Positions 21,284 to 31,296 of a DNA stretch of 64,000 nucleotides are shown here, in pieces. Under the pieces are notes generated by a model. That model did not search any database. It worked only from the letters and a program-made list of their open reading frames with translations, and had not been told where the DNA came from. Source of the stretch: an uncultured Spirochaetota bacterium (GTDB lineage: Bacteria > Spirochaetota > Spirochaetia > SZUA-6 > Fen-1364). The stretch covers positions 32,001 to 96,000 of the forward strand of contig CAVUXE010000029.1 of assembly GCA_963745235.1 (NCBI GenBank). Reading direction: 5' to 3'. The position numbers and the translations under genes were made by a program. How positions within the stretch are numbered: position 1 is the stretch's first letter; each line of letters starts with the position of its first letter.

Positions 21284-22198
21284 GTGCTGACACGGACCTT
21301 CCTTCGGCGCTTCGTGATCGCGTACGTGCCCTTCGGGCCGACCTTTGATCCCGGGTGCAGAAGGGGTGAGTACCTCTCTTCCCTGGCGCGTGAGCTTCGC
21401 CCCCACCTGCCACCGGGCACGCTGTTCCTCAGGTTCGACCTGCCGTGGGGAAAAGCGGGGGAAGAACCCTCCTGGCGCGGCCGCGGGCCGGGGGTCAGGA
21501 AGTCTCCCAGTGACATCCAGCCGCCAAGCACGGTTGTGGTGGACATCTCAGGCCCTCTGGACACCATCCTTTCCGGCATGAAGGCCAAAACGAGGTACAA
21601 CGTCAGGCTGGCGGAAAAGAAAGGCGTCACGGTGCGGGAGGAGAGCGAGGAAGCCTTTGACCCCTGGTACTCGATGTACCAGGAAACGAGCCGGCGGGAC
21701 CGGATCTCCATCCATTCTCCCTCCTATTACAGGGGCCTGTTTGCCGAGGGGAAATCCTACCCGGGAAAGGGGCCCATCGTTTCGCTCCTCACGGCCAGGC
21801 ACGAAGGAGATCTCCTGGCCGGCAACATCTGCGTTTTCTGGAAGAGCAGGGGAGTCTACCTGACGGGTGCTTCCTCCAACGCGAAGCGGAATCTCATGCC
21901 GACGTATGCGCTCCAGTGGGAGGCCATGCAGAGGGCAAAGCAGGCCGGCTGCGTGGAATACGACCTGTACGGGATCCCGCCGAATCCCGATCCGGATCAC
22001 CCCATGTATGGCCTCTACCAGTTCAAGACCGGGTTCTCCAACACGATCATTGAGCGATGGGGAACGTGGGATGTCCCCTATCGTTCCGCCTTCTATGCTC
22101 CCTACCGGGCCGCGGAGGAAGCCCGGCTGTTCTATTTCCGTACCCTGAAGAAACGCATGCGCCGTCGACACGACCGGCCCGTCCGGGTTGCCGAATGA
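21284..22198 (+). CDS. FemAB/FemX-family peptidoglycan bridge aminoacyltransferase (true start probably ~21130, N-terminus frameshifted)
   Basis: AYVPFGP, IQPPSTVVVD, MKAKTRYNVRLAEKKGV, YDLYG and GLYQFKTGF. An upstream LLQ..WWGSFK fragment lies in other frames. Confidence 0.9.
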   Translation: MLTRTFLRRFVIAYVPFGPTFDPGCRRGEYLSSLARELRPHLPPGTLFLRFDLPWGKAGEEPSWRGRGPGVRKSPSDIQPPSTVVVDISGPLDTILSGMKAKTRYNVRLAEKKGVTVREESEEAFDPWYSMYQETSRRDRISIHSPSYYRGLFAEGKSYPGKGPIVSLLTARHEGDLLAGNICVFWKSRGVYLTGASSNAKRNLMPTYALQWEAMQRAKQAGCVEYDLYGIPPNPDPDHPMYGLYQFKTGFSNTIIERWGTWDVPYRSAFYAPYRAAEEARLFYFRTLKKRMRRRHDRPVRVAE

Positions 22199-22214
22199 CG
22201 TCCCGGGGCGTACT

Positions 22215-23207
22215 ATGAACCTCGTGACAAATGTGCGCGGACTGCTGGCCGCCTGCGTGGTGTTGGGCGCCGCCGTTCTTCCTCCCGGATCGCAGGCCCT
22301 CCCTGTTTCCGTCTCGACGACCTCCGGCGTCATGCTGGGCGGAGTGAAGGAGCTCGTCTATCAGAGCGGATATACCGTGAGCGAGCTGGACTGGCCGCTG
22401 CTGCCGGCGCTCTACGCGGGAGCCACGGTGGATATTGGAGAGACCTCGGGGTTTCTCGCGAAGGTCGAGCTCCAGCTGGGAATCCCGGCGAACGCCGGGA
22501 CCATGACGGACTCGGATTTTCTCAACGGGGACGGCGTCAAGACGCATTTTTCGCAGGCGGACGGTGATATGGAAAGCGCTTTGCTCCTGAGCGCGCAGGC
22601 CGGCTGGGGCATTCCCTTCGAATTGTCCGAGGGAAAGACGGGAACTCTCGAGCCGTTTCTTTCCTTCGAATATGTGCGGCTGGAGTGGACCGCGCAAAAT
22701 GGCTACCTGCAGTATCCCCCGGAGACGAACGCCCCATTCACTCCGTGGTCGCCATCTACCCCGCAGACACCGGTGTACGGCACCGTGATCATTTACACCC
22801 AGAACTACCTGATCCCCGCCATCGGCATGAAGGGTTCCCTGCCAGTCATGGACAGCCTGACGGTGTCCGCATCTTTCAGTTTCTCCCCATTCGTGTGGTG
22901 CATTGACAAAGACAGCCATCTCCTGCGGCAGCTTGATTTCTACTCAACCATGCATGGGGGGCTGCTCATTGAGCCCCGCGTGGGGGCCACCTACAGGATC
23001 TCCAACCGAAGCTCCATCTCACTCGATGTTCTCTATCGGCACATATCATCTCTCATTGGTGACACCTACGAAGTGGGGACCGGCGCGGTGGGGTACTCGC
23101 AGATAGGTTTGCTCGCCCCAGGGCAGCAGTCTATAACTTTCACAAACGGCGCAGGAGCTTCGATGGATATCGTCAGCATCACCGTATCCCTGGGCGTATC
23201 CCTGTAA
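22215..23207 (+). CDS. Omptin-family outer membrane protease
   Basis: Signal peptide, KELVY, SELDW, MTDSDF (DxD), DSHLLR (DxH) and an amphipathic C-terminal strand. Confidence 0.8.
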   Translation: MNLVTNVRGLLAACVVLGAAVLPPGSQALPVSVSTTSGVMLGGVKELVYQSGYTVSELDWPLLPALYAGATVDIGETSGFLAKVELQLGIPANAGTMTDSDFLNGDGVKTHFSQADGDMESALLLSAQAGWGIPFELSEGKTGTLEPFLSFEYVRLEWTAQNGYLQYPPETNAPFTPWSPSTPQTPVYGTVIIYTQNYLIPAIGMKGSLPVMDSLTVSASFSFSPFVWCIDKDSHLLRQLDFYSTMHGGLLIEPRVGATYRISNRSSISLDVLYRHISSLIGDTYEVGTGAVGYSQIGLLAPGQQSITFTNGAGASMDIVSITVSLGVSL

Positions 23208-23228
23208 GCGTCGCCGCGTCTGGTCCAC

Positions 23229-23990
23229 TCAGCGAGCCAGCCACCCCCCATCAACGGCAATGGTATACCCGTTGACGTAGTTGGACGCGTCTGAAGCGAG
23301 GAACACCACCGGCCCCATCAGGTCCGCCGGAAGTCCCCATCTCCCCGCGGGTATGCGCTGCAGTATTTCCGCGCTTCTCTGCTCATCCGCCCGGAGCGCC
23401 GCGGTGTTGTTGGTGATCATGTATCCGGGCGCAATGGCGTTGACCGTGATGTTGTCCCTGGCCCACTCGTTCGCCATGAGGCGCGTGATGCCCATCACGC
23501 CGCTCTTGGAAGCCGTGTAGGAGGGAACCCTGATACCGCCCTGGAAGGAGAGCATGGAGGCGATGTTGATGATCTTCCCTCCGGAACCTTGCCGCATGAA
23601 CACGCGCGCGGCCGCCTGGCTCATGAAGAAGACGGCCTTCACGTTGATGCTCATCACATCGTCCCAGTCCTTCTCTGAGAAGTTGATGGCGTCCTCCCGG
23701 CGGACGATTCCAGCGTTGTTCACAAGGATGTCGAGCCTGCCGAAGGCTTGCGTTGCTTCCTGCATGATCCGCTCCACCGGATCAGTCGTCACGAGGTCAG
23801 CCGTCACGCCGAGGAACCGCCGTCCAAACTTCTCTACGGCTGCTTTCGTTTCTTTCGCGGGCGCCAGGCCGACCCCCACCACGTCCGCCCCGGCTTCGGC
23901 CAGCGCGAGGCACATGGCCTGTCCCAGGCCCGTGCTGCATCCCGTGACAATGGCAACCTTCCCATCCAGCTTGAATGAGTCCAGTATCAT
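23229..23990 (-). CDS. kduD: 2-dehydro-3-deoxy-D-gluconate 5-dehydrogenase
   Basis: TGCSTGLG, ASMLSFQGGIRVPSYTASKSG, NAIAPGYM..NNT and VDGGWLAR. Confidence 0.93.
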   Translation of the reverse strand: MILDSFKLDGKVAIVTGCSTGLGQAMCLALAEAGADVVGVGLAPAKETKAAVEKFGRRFLGVTADLVTTDPVERIMQEATQAFGRLDILVNNAGIVRREDAINFSEKDWDDVMSINVKAVFFMSQAAARVFMRQGSGGKIINIASMLSFQGGIRVPSYTASKSGVMGITRLMANEWARDNITVNAIAPGYMITNNTAALRADEQRSAEILQRIPAGRWGLPADLMGPVVFLASDASNYVNGYTIAVDGGWLAR

Positions 23991-24002
23991 GTCTTTTTTC
24001 CT

Positions 24003-25085
24003 TTACTTGATCAGGCGGATGGTCTCGTTGTAGGTGTCAGCGACGTACAGGCCGGGTGTTGTCGGATAGTAGACGAGCCGCATGGGATGATTGAACGTCG
24101 CCACGTTCCCCGCGCCGTCGCCGCTCCCCGTGAGCTGTCCCTGGCCGGCCAGAGTCGTGACGCTGCCGCTGGAGATGGTGATCTGGCGGATCACCGCGTT
24201 GAGTGTGTCGGCAATATAAAGATTTGTATTGGTGTTGTCGATCGCTATGCCTTCGGGCCAGTTGAACTCGGCCGTCAAGCCTGCGCCGTCCACATCCCCC
24301 TTGACGCCCGGCTGGCCGGCGATGGTGGTCACGACACCCGCGGTGGTGACGAGGCGGACCGTGTCGTTGCCCGTGTCCACGACATAGAGATTCGTTGGGC
24401 CGCCATCAGACACAATGCCCTGCGGGTAGGTGAAAATCGCCGAGGAACCTGTTCCATCCGCGCTCCCCGCGACCAGTTGCTGACCGGCGAGGATCGTCAC
24501 GGTGCCGCCTGTTGCCGCAACCTTGTCAATCGTGCAATTCCCGCTGTCTGCGATATACAGCATGTTCGGCGCCCCCGCCACCCAGCAGATTCCAAGGGGA
24601 TTGTTCAATCCAGTTGCAACAGTGCTGGCGAGCCACACGGCTCCCGGTTTTGTCAGCACGCGAATCACGTTGTTTCCTGAATCGGCCACAAAAAGGCTCG
24701 CCCCGTCGGTTGTAATCCCTTCCGGATGGTTGAAGTACGCGTAAGGAACGGAGGTTCCAGCGTTGTCGAAGTAGCCAGCCACGCCGGCCACGCCGGCAAT
24801 TGTCGTCACCGCTCCAGTGGTAAGGCTCATCTGCCGGATGGTGGAGTTGTTCGAGTCGCAGAAGTAGAGAGTGCTTCCGATGATGACCATCCCGGCGGGG
24901 AACGACAGGGTCGCTCCTGTTCCCGTGCCGTCGGCGCTCCCCATCACTCCGGCCTGGCCGGCAACCGTGGAGACGGTCTTTGAAGGCAGCCCGACTGGTC
25001 CCATTGCGACGCTGGACACGACGCAGGAGGCCACGCCCATAGAGACCAGGGCCATAACCGCAATCCCGGCACTATGCCTTTTCAT
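24003..25085 (-). CDS. NHL-repeat (beta-propeller) lipoprotein
   Basis: Lipobox-like VASC and repeated F..P.GI...LYVAD..N..IR units. Confidence 0.8.
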   Translation of the reverse strand: MKRHSAGIAVMALVSMGVASCVVSSVAMGPVGLPSKTVSTVAGQAGVMGSADGTGTGATLSFPAGMVIIGSTLYFCDSNNSTIRQMSLTTGAVTTIAGVAGVAGYFDNAGTSVPYAYFNHPEGITTDGASLFVADSGNNVIRVLTKPGAVWLASTVATGLNNPLGICWVAGAPNMLYIADSGNCTIDKVAATGGTVTILAGQQLVAGSADGTGSSAIFTYPQGIVSDGGPTNLYVVDTGNDTVRLVTTAGVVTTIAGQPGVKGDVDGAGLTAEFNWPEGIAIDNTNTNLYIADTLNAVIRQITISSGSVTTLAGQGQLTGSGDGAGNVATFNHPMRLVYYPTTPGLYVADTYNETIRLIK

Positions 25086-25204
25086 CTATTTCAATAATGC
25101 CACCGGGAACGGCTGCCTGCCAATACTCCCGGCGCGGGCACCTATTCGAGACGGCGATTTTGTGCTTATCTTTGCCTTCGCGAACGTTTGCGGGAGGGAT
25201 TTGC

Positions 25205-25639
25205 GTGGTCCTCAATCGCGCCCGGCGCGCGTGCGTCATAGCTTTCCTCGCGGTCGCTGCAGCGTCATTCGCGGAGCCGGCAATACCTGACGGCTTCTGG
25301 CAGTCAGCGCTGCAGATCAGGGAGGGCGTCTCGGATTTCGGCGGGAGGACCGTCGGAGCTTTCTTCCGGGACGTGAGGTTCCAGGAGCTCTCTCTGCCCA
25401 ACGGCGCAAGCACCACTTTTGAGATGACGCCCAAGAGCTTTGATGGCTCAGAGGTTGTCCTCGAGTACTCCATCATCAACAACGGAATGGTGTCGGAGTA
25501 TTTCGACTTTCATTTCAAGTACAAGGGAACGGTCTCTGTCCTCTACAAGCTTTCCCGCGGTGAGGCCGCGCTGGAGGGCTACCAGCAGATGCGCCGCATC
25601 ATGAAGGAGTTCTACCTCCCCTCCCTCGTCTCCAAGTGA
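25205..25639 (+). CDS. Hypothetical exported protein
   Basis: GGAGGG RBS before GTG 25205, signal-like RRACVIAFLAVAAASFA, and plausible codon usage. Confidence 0.55.
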   Translation: MVLNRARRACVIAFLAVAAASFAEPAIPDGFWQSALQIREGVSDFGGRTVGAFFRDVRFQELSLPNGASTTFEMTPKSFDGSEVVLEYSIINNGMVSEYFDFHFKYKGTVSVLYKLSRGEAALEGYQQMRRIMKEFYLPSLVSK

Positions 25640-26325
25640 ACCAGTGAGGCAAATCGCTTCAGGATCTCGCCGCCAATCGGGGTGTCAAAGATCTGGGCCC
25701 CCGGAGAGGACTCTTCAATAGCGGCATACGCCCGCATGATTCCCGCATCGAACTCGGGGTGAAACTGCACACCCCAGGCACAGTCACCGACGCGGAAGGC
25801 CTGGTAACGGTCCCAGGGATTGGCCGCAAGGTGAACGGCCCCCGGGGGCAGGCTCAGCACGGACTGTGAATGGGCGAGGTGGACATCGATGGTAGCCGGC
25901 AGACCGCCGAGCAGGGGATCCTGGAATGCCGCATCCAGCAGCGTGACGGATGTCGTTCCCATTTCCTTTCCGCGCGGATTCCAGTCCACCCGGCCGCCGA
26001 GGGCGTGGGCCAGGAGCTGGTGGCCATAGCAGATCCCGAGTGTTGGAGTCCCGGACGCCACGGCATCCGACAGCCAGGAGGCCGTCTGCTCGCTCCACTC
26101 GAGGCGATCGGTCACCATGTCGTGGGAGCCGGTGATCACGATCCCTCCCGCCTGCGTCGGCTGCGGGAGCGGCTGGCCCGCGGCCACATCCACCACCTCG
26201 GCTTGGGCGGTCTCAAGCCCCATGCCGGCAAGGATCCAGTCCTCGAAATCTCCCCGCAGAGCCCTGAGGGATGGAATCGTGTCGCCCGTCTTTATGATGA
26301 CCAGCCTTTGCATGATTGCCTTCAA
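25612..26325 (-). CDS. Class I glutamine amidotransferase-like protein
   Basis: VITGS, LGICYGHQ (catalytic Cys) and VQFHPE. Confidence 0.9.
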   Translation of the reverse strand: MKAIMQRLVIIKTGDTIPSLRALRGDFEDWILAGMGLETAQAEVVDVAAGQPLPQPTQAGGIVITGSHDMVTDRLEWSEQTASWLSDAVASGTPTLGICYGHQLLAHALGGRVDWNPRGKEMGTTSVTLLDAAFQDPLLGGLPATIDVHLAHSQSVLSLPPGAVHLAANPWDRYQAFRVGDCAWGVQFHPEFDAGIMRAYAAIEESSPGAQIFDTPIGGEILKRFASLVHLETREGR

Positions 26326-26400
26326 TCTCCGGCTCAGAATATAGCCGATTTCGCCGGGTTGGTGCGCGGTGAGTATTTTCTATACAGCGTGGAATATAGC

Positions 26401-27660
26401 GTGAAATCGATTGAAGGCTGGTATGTCTCCTACGCCCTCCTCGGCGCGGCGGCCGCCGGCATTCTTCCCATCCTCCTCCCCACCGTGGTCGCCAGGACGT
26501 CGGTCGCGGCGCACGTGGGCCTTGTCATGGCGACTTTCAACCTCGGGGGGCTCAGCGCGCCTCTGTGGGGAAGGCTTGCCGACGCCCGACGTCTCCACAG
26601 GGCGCTGCTCGCCGGCGGGATGGCATGCACTGCTTGCGCGTCGGTTGCCTTTCCTTTTGCCCCGTCTCTGCCCGCTTGGCTCGCTCTTGCTTTCCTCCAG
26701 GGGATCGGAGTTGCGGCGGCGGCCACCACGGCGAACCTTTTCATTGTCGAGGCGCACCCACGCTCCCAGTGGGACGCCAAGATCGGATGGCTGCAGACCT
26801 TTTACGGAGGAGGACAGGTGGCAGGCCTGTTGGCGGCGGGCCTCTTTGCCCAGGATGCCTCCAGCGCCGGCCTCATGACAGCCGGAGGCCTGGCTGCTGT
26901 TGCCGTTCTTCCCGCCCTCCTGGCCACACCGAGGCTTCCTCCACAGCAGACCCTGAAAAGGCCGACGCTGACGCACCCCGTGCGCCACGCGGAATGGCCC
27001 ACCGGTTCTCCCCAGCGCATGTACCATCATCCGACCACGAGCGGGCTGCGGCTCCTAGGTTCTTCCCAAAGGGCATCCTTCCGATTGTTCCTGGCGGGAT
27101 GGTTTCTCAGCTTTGGCGGGAGCGCAGCCTTCTTTTCCCTGTATCCAGTCGTGATGCGGCAAACCTATGGAGTCGGCCCCGCGCTCTCCTCGGCCGGCTT
27201 TGCCGTCTCAGCGGGGCTGGGACTCCTTCTCTACACCCCGGCGGGGCGATGGTCAACCCGGGGCAGGCCTCTCACCGTGCTCCGCACGGGACTGGCAGTC
27301 CGTGCCGCGTCGTATGCCGTCGTATCGTTGCTGGTATTCACCCGGGGACCTCTGCGCGGCTGGCTGACCCTCGGGACTTTCCTAGTTATCGTCCTCGCCT
27401 GGTCGGCACTGAGCGTCGCCAGCACGGCCCTGGTTGCGGACATGTATGCGCGCGGCAAGAGCGAGGGCGAAGGCCTTGGCCTTTTCAACGCCGCAACGGC
27501 ACTTGCAGGCGTCGCGGGGTCGGCTGGAGGGGGGTGGGCGGCCGGGGCCTGGGGCTACGGCGCAATACCCCTGTTGGCCCTGGTCGGAACAGCAGCGGGG
27601 CTTGCGGTTTTCCTTGCAGGCAGCTTCGAGGGTCGCGTTCGTCAGGAGGTACCCCAATGA
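26401..27660 (+). CDS. MFS transporter
   Basis: About 12 hydrophobic segments with WGRLAD (motif A). Start set at GTG 26401 within ORF 25870..27660. Confidence 0.85.
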   Translation: MKSIEGWYVSYALLGAAAAGILPILLPTVVARTSVAAHVGLVMATFNLGGLSAPLWGRLADARRLHRALLAGGMACTACASVAFPFAPSLPAWLALAFLQGIGVAAAATTANLFIVEAHPRSQWDAKIGWLQTFYGGGQVAGLLAAGLFAQDASSAGLMTAGGLAAVAVLPALLATPRLPPQQTLKRPTLTHPVRHAEWPTGSPQRMYHHPTTSGLRLLGSSQRASFRLFLAGWFLSFGGSAAFFSLYPVVMRQTYGVGPALSSAGFAVSAGLGLLLYTPAGRWSTRGRPLTVLRTGLAVRAASYAVVSLLVFTRGPLRGWLTLGTFLVIVLAWSALSVASTALVADMYARGKSEGEGLGLFNAATALAGVAGSAGGGWAAGAWGYGAIPLLALVGTAAGLAVFLAGSFEGRVRQEVPQ

Positions 27661-28751
27661 AGGCCATTTGTCTCACCACGGGAACCACGGAGCTGAAGCT
27701 CGTCGACCGGCCGCAGCCTTCCGTGAAAGGTGAAGACGAGGTGCTGGCGCGCGTCATCCGCGTAGGTATCTGCGGCACCGACCGCGAAGAGGCTTCCGGC
27801 GGTCGCGCGCGGGCTCCAGGAGACGGCAAGGATCTTGTCATCGGTCATGAAATGCTGGGGCGGGTGGTGCAGACCGGCGCATCTGTCTCACGGGTGAAGC
27901 CGGGAGACCTTGCTGTGTTCACCGTCCGCCGCGGTTGCGGTGATTGCCTGCCGTGCGCGATGAACCGTTCCGACATGTGCCTGACGGGCGGCTACAAGGA
28001 GCGCGGGATCTGGGGTCTCGACGGCTACCAGACGGAGCTGGTGGTGGACTCGGAGCGTTACGTCGTGCGAGTCCCGACGCTGCTCGAAAGCACGGGTGTC
28101 CTCACGGAGCCCCTCTCCGTGGCCGAGAAGGCCATCGATGAGGCAGTGAGAATCCAGTCGACGAGACTCCCCGAATCGGCAGCGCGGCCGTACTGGCTTC
28201 ACGGCCGGCGCTGCCTCGTGGCCGGTCTCGGGCCCATCGGGCTTCTTGGCGCCATGGCGCTTCGCCTTCGCGGCGCCGAGGTATACGGCCTCGATATCGT
28301 GGATGAAGCGAGCACACGGCCCGCCTGGCTCCGGAGCGTTGGAGGGATCTACGTGGATGCCCGCGCGACCCGTCCGGGCGGCATGGAAGGGATGCAGCTC
28401 ATCTTCGAGGCCACGGGCGTCGCTGCACTGGAGTTCAATCTCCTGGATGCCCTGGGGAAGAACGGCATCTACGTGTTGACGGGGATTCCCGGCGGAGACA
28501 GGCCTCTTCAGCTGGAGGGTGCCGAGATCATCCGAAAGCTCGTCCTGGAGAACCAGGTGATGGTGGGAAGCGTCAACGCATCCCGCGACCATTTCCAGCT
28601 TGCGGTGGACGACCTGGAGCAGGCGCGGACCAGGTGGCCGGGGCTCGTGGAAGGGCTCATCACTGCCCGCCGCCCGTACGCTGATTTCAGGGAGGCTCTT
28701 GCAAGTCACGAGCCTGACGAGATCAAGGTGACCCTCGAGTGGGGCCGGTAA
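27657..28751 (+). CDS. Zn-dependent glucose 1-dehydrogenase (MDR family, archaeal-type)
   Basis: MKAI, GICGTD, IGHE, TVRRGCGDCLPC..C, ERGIWGLDG, GLGPIG and VGSVNA. Overlaps the MFS stop (ATGA). Confidence 0.88.
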   Translation: MKAICLTTGTTELKLVDRPQPSVKGEDEVLARVIRVGICGTDREEASGGRARAPGDGKDLVIGHEMLGRVVQTGASVSRVKPGDLAVFTVRRGCGDCLPCAMNRSDMCLTGGYKERGIWGLDGYQTELVVDSERYVVRVPTLLESTGVLTEPLSVAEKAIDEAVRIQSTRLPESAARPYWLHGRRCLVAGLGPIGLLGAMALRLRGAEVYGLDIVDEASTRPAWLRSVGGIYVDARATRPGGMEGMQLIFEATGVAALEFNLLDALGKNGIYVLTGIPGGDRPLQLEGAEIIRKLVLENQVMVGSVNASRDHFQLAVDDLEQARTRWPGLVEGLITARRPYADFREALASHEPDEIKVTLEWGR

Positions 28752-28769
28752 GAGAGGAAAAGAAGGAGC

Positions 28770-31192
28770 ATGGCAGAATCCAGCCGCGTTGCACCGGGGG
28801 GCCGGGGATCGAGCCCCGCTGGACCTCCAGCGCAAAACAGGGTATCGGGTCCTCTCTCAGCGATGCAAGCCGCGTTTCGTTCACGCTGAGCCACGGCATT
28901 TTCAACGAGATCTACTATCCCCGGGTGGACCGCGCGTGCACCCGGGACCTGGGAATGATGGTGGCTTCGGACGACGGCTTCTTTTCCGAGGAGAAAAGAA
29001 ACTCCGAGCACCGGGTCTCGATGCTCGCCCCCGGCGTTCCCGCCTACGCGCTTTCCAACACGTGCACGGCGGGGCGCTACAGGATCGACAAGGAAGTCCT
29101 CACGGATCCGCGCAGGGAGACCCTTCTGCAGCACACCACCTTCACGGCGCTCACGGGGCCCGTCTCGAGCTACCGCCTCTACGCGCTCCTCGCGCCGCAC
29201 ATCGGCAACAGGGGATGGAACAACACGGGATGGGTGGGTGACTACAAGGGAGTGGGGATGATCTTCGCGGAGCGTGACGGAACCTGCATGGCGCTGGCCT
29301 GCTCGTGCCCGTGGCTGAACAGGTCCGTCGGGTTTGTCGGCTTCTCCGACGGCTGGCAGGACGTCAGCCGAAACAAGCGGATGACCAGGACCTGGGAGCT
29401 GGCGGAGAACGGCAACATCGCCCTGACAGCGGAGGTAGACCTTGCTCTCTCGGGGGGAGACTTCGTGATCGCGCTGGGCTTCGGCGCGAACGCATCCGAA
29501 GCGGGAAACCGCGCGCTGGCCAGCCTGTCCGACGGGTTCGAGCAGGCCAGGCGGGAGTACATCGATGAGTGGACGCAATGGCAGGAGCATCTTTCCCTGG
29601 GGGAGGACTCGAAGCCCGAGGAGCGTCGGGACGGGAGCTCCGATCTGTTTCGAGTCAGCACGGCGGTTATCCGCGCCCATGAAGCGAAGAACTTCCCCGG
29701 CGGAATAATCGCCAGCCTTTCCATTCCCTGGGGCTTTGCCAAGGGAGACGATGACCTGGGAGGGTACCACCTCGTATGGCCGCGGGACCTCGTGGAGACC
29801 GCGGGTGGCATCCTTGCCGCCGGCGGGCACGAAGACGCGCGGAGGGTGTTTTCCTATCTCCAGTCCACGCAGGAAGCTGACGGCCACTGGCCCCAGAATA
29901 TGTGGTTGGACGGCGCGCAATACTGGTCCGGCATCCAGATGGATGAAACCGCTTTTCCCATCCTGCTCGTGGACCTCGCCCTGAGGGAGAGGACAATCGA
30001 CGATGCTGATCGGGCCCGGATGTGGGCAATGGTCAGGCGCGCGGCCGGGTTCATCCTCTGCAATGGTCCCGTTACGCAGCAGGACCGGTGGGAGGAAGAC
30101 CCTGGCTACTCCCCGTTCACGGTTGCAGTAGAGGTGGCGGCGCTTCTGTGCGCCGCGGACCTCGCGGAGGCGAGCGGGGAGGGCGCCATCGCCGGATACC
30201 TGCGGGAGACCGCAGACACGTGGAACGACAGCATCGAACGCTGGATGTACGTCCGGGATACCGACCTTGCACACCAGGCGGGCGTCGACGGCTACTACGT
30301 CAGGATTGCCCCGCCGGATGAGGCCGAGGCGTCTTCCCCCGCCGGCGGTTTTGTGCCCATCAAGAACAGGCCTCCCGGGCAGGGGATCGAAAACTCGGCC
30401 GACATCGTGAGCCCGGACGCGCTGGCACTCGTGCGCTTCGGGCTGCGAGCCGCGGGCGACAGGCGGATCCTGAACACGGTGCGGGTCATTGACGCGCTGC
30501 TGAAAGTGGAAACTCCCGACGGTCCCGCGTGGCACCGCTACAATGACGACGGGTACGGGGAGAAGGCAGACGGCGCCGCGTTCGATGGAACGGGGATCGG
30601 CCGGGCGTGGCCGCTCATTACGGGAGAGAGGGCTCACTACGAGCTGGCCGCAGGTCGCACGGCGGAAGCGAGAAGGCTCTGCCGCACCCTGGAGTCCTTT
30701 GCGGGAGACGGGGGGCTGCTCCCCGAGCAGATCTGGGACACGACGGACATCCCCCAACGCGAGCTGTTTTTCGGCAGACCCTCCGGCTCCGCGATGCCGC
30801 TTCTGTGGGCCCACGCCGAATACTTGAAGTTGCGCCGTTCCCTTGCGGACGGAAAGGTCTTCGACATGCCCCCCCAGACGACACAGCGCTACATAGTGGA
30901 GGACAGGCATTCGCCGTTTGCGGCCTGGCGGCTGAACCAGAAAACCCGCGCCATCACGTCCGGCAAGACGCTCCGCGTGGAGCTGCTCCAGGAAGCCGTT
31001 GTCCGCTGGAGCGATGACGGGTGGAAGAGCTCGGGCGAAGTCTCCTCCCGGCCGACGGGCTTCGGCATTCACGTTGTCGAGCTCCCGACAGCGGAGATGG
31101 CAAACGGCGTGTGCCTGGTCTTCACGATTCGCTGGAAGGTGAGCGGAGCGCAGGAAGGAACAGAGTTTTCCGTGCTTATTGAGGAAGGATAG
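28770..31192 (+). CDS. Glucoamylase / glucan 1,4-alpha-glucosidase (GH15 with glucodextranase N-domain)
   Basis: IASLSIPWG, GGYHLVWPRD, QMDE, QDRWEE, RYNDDGYGE, LPEQIWD and SAMPLLWAHAEY. Probable homopolymer frameshift just after ATG 28770. Confidence 0.92.
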
Positions 31193-31255
31193 CGGCGGCC
31201 CGGTGCCGCTGTGAGCGGCCCGGGGAAGCCGCGGGCAGCTGGAAGCCGCGGCAGT

Positions 31256-31279
31256 GGGGCAGCTGGGAGGAGCTGCCCC
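31256..31279. terminator. Hairpin between convergent genes
   Basis: GGGGCAGCT-GGGAGG-AGCTGCCCC followed by GTTTCT. Confidence 0.5.
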
Positions 31280-31296
31280 GTTTCTGCCTTCACGGC

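Noticed and set aside
25870-28751. Apparent long N-terminal extensions or fusions on the MFS (596 aa) and the dehydrogenase (728 aa)
   Set aside because: Upstream open frames overlap other real genes. True starts are 26401 and 27657.
28706-31072. 788-aa minus-strand ORF, and similar long antisense ORFs (34137..35276, 42155..43408, 54507..55778, 58304..59626, 62843..63931)
   Set aside because: Antisense shadows of clear genes in high-GC DNA, with no motifs.
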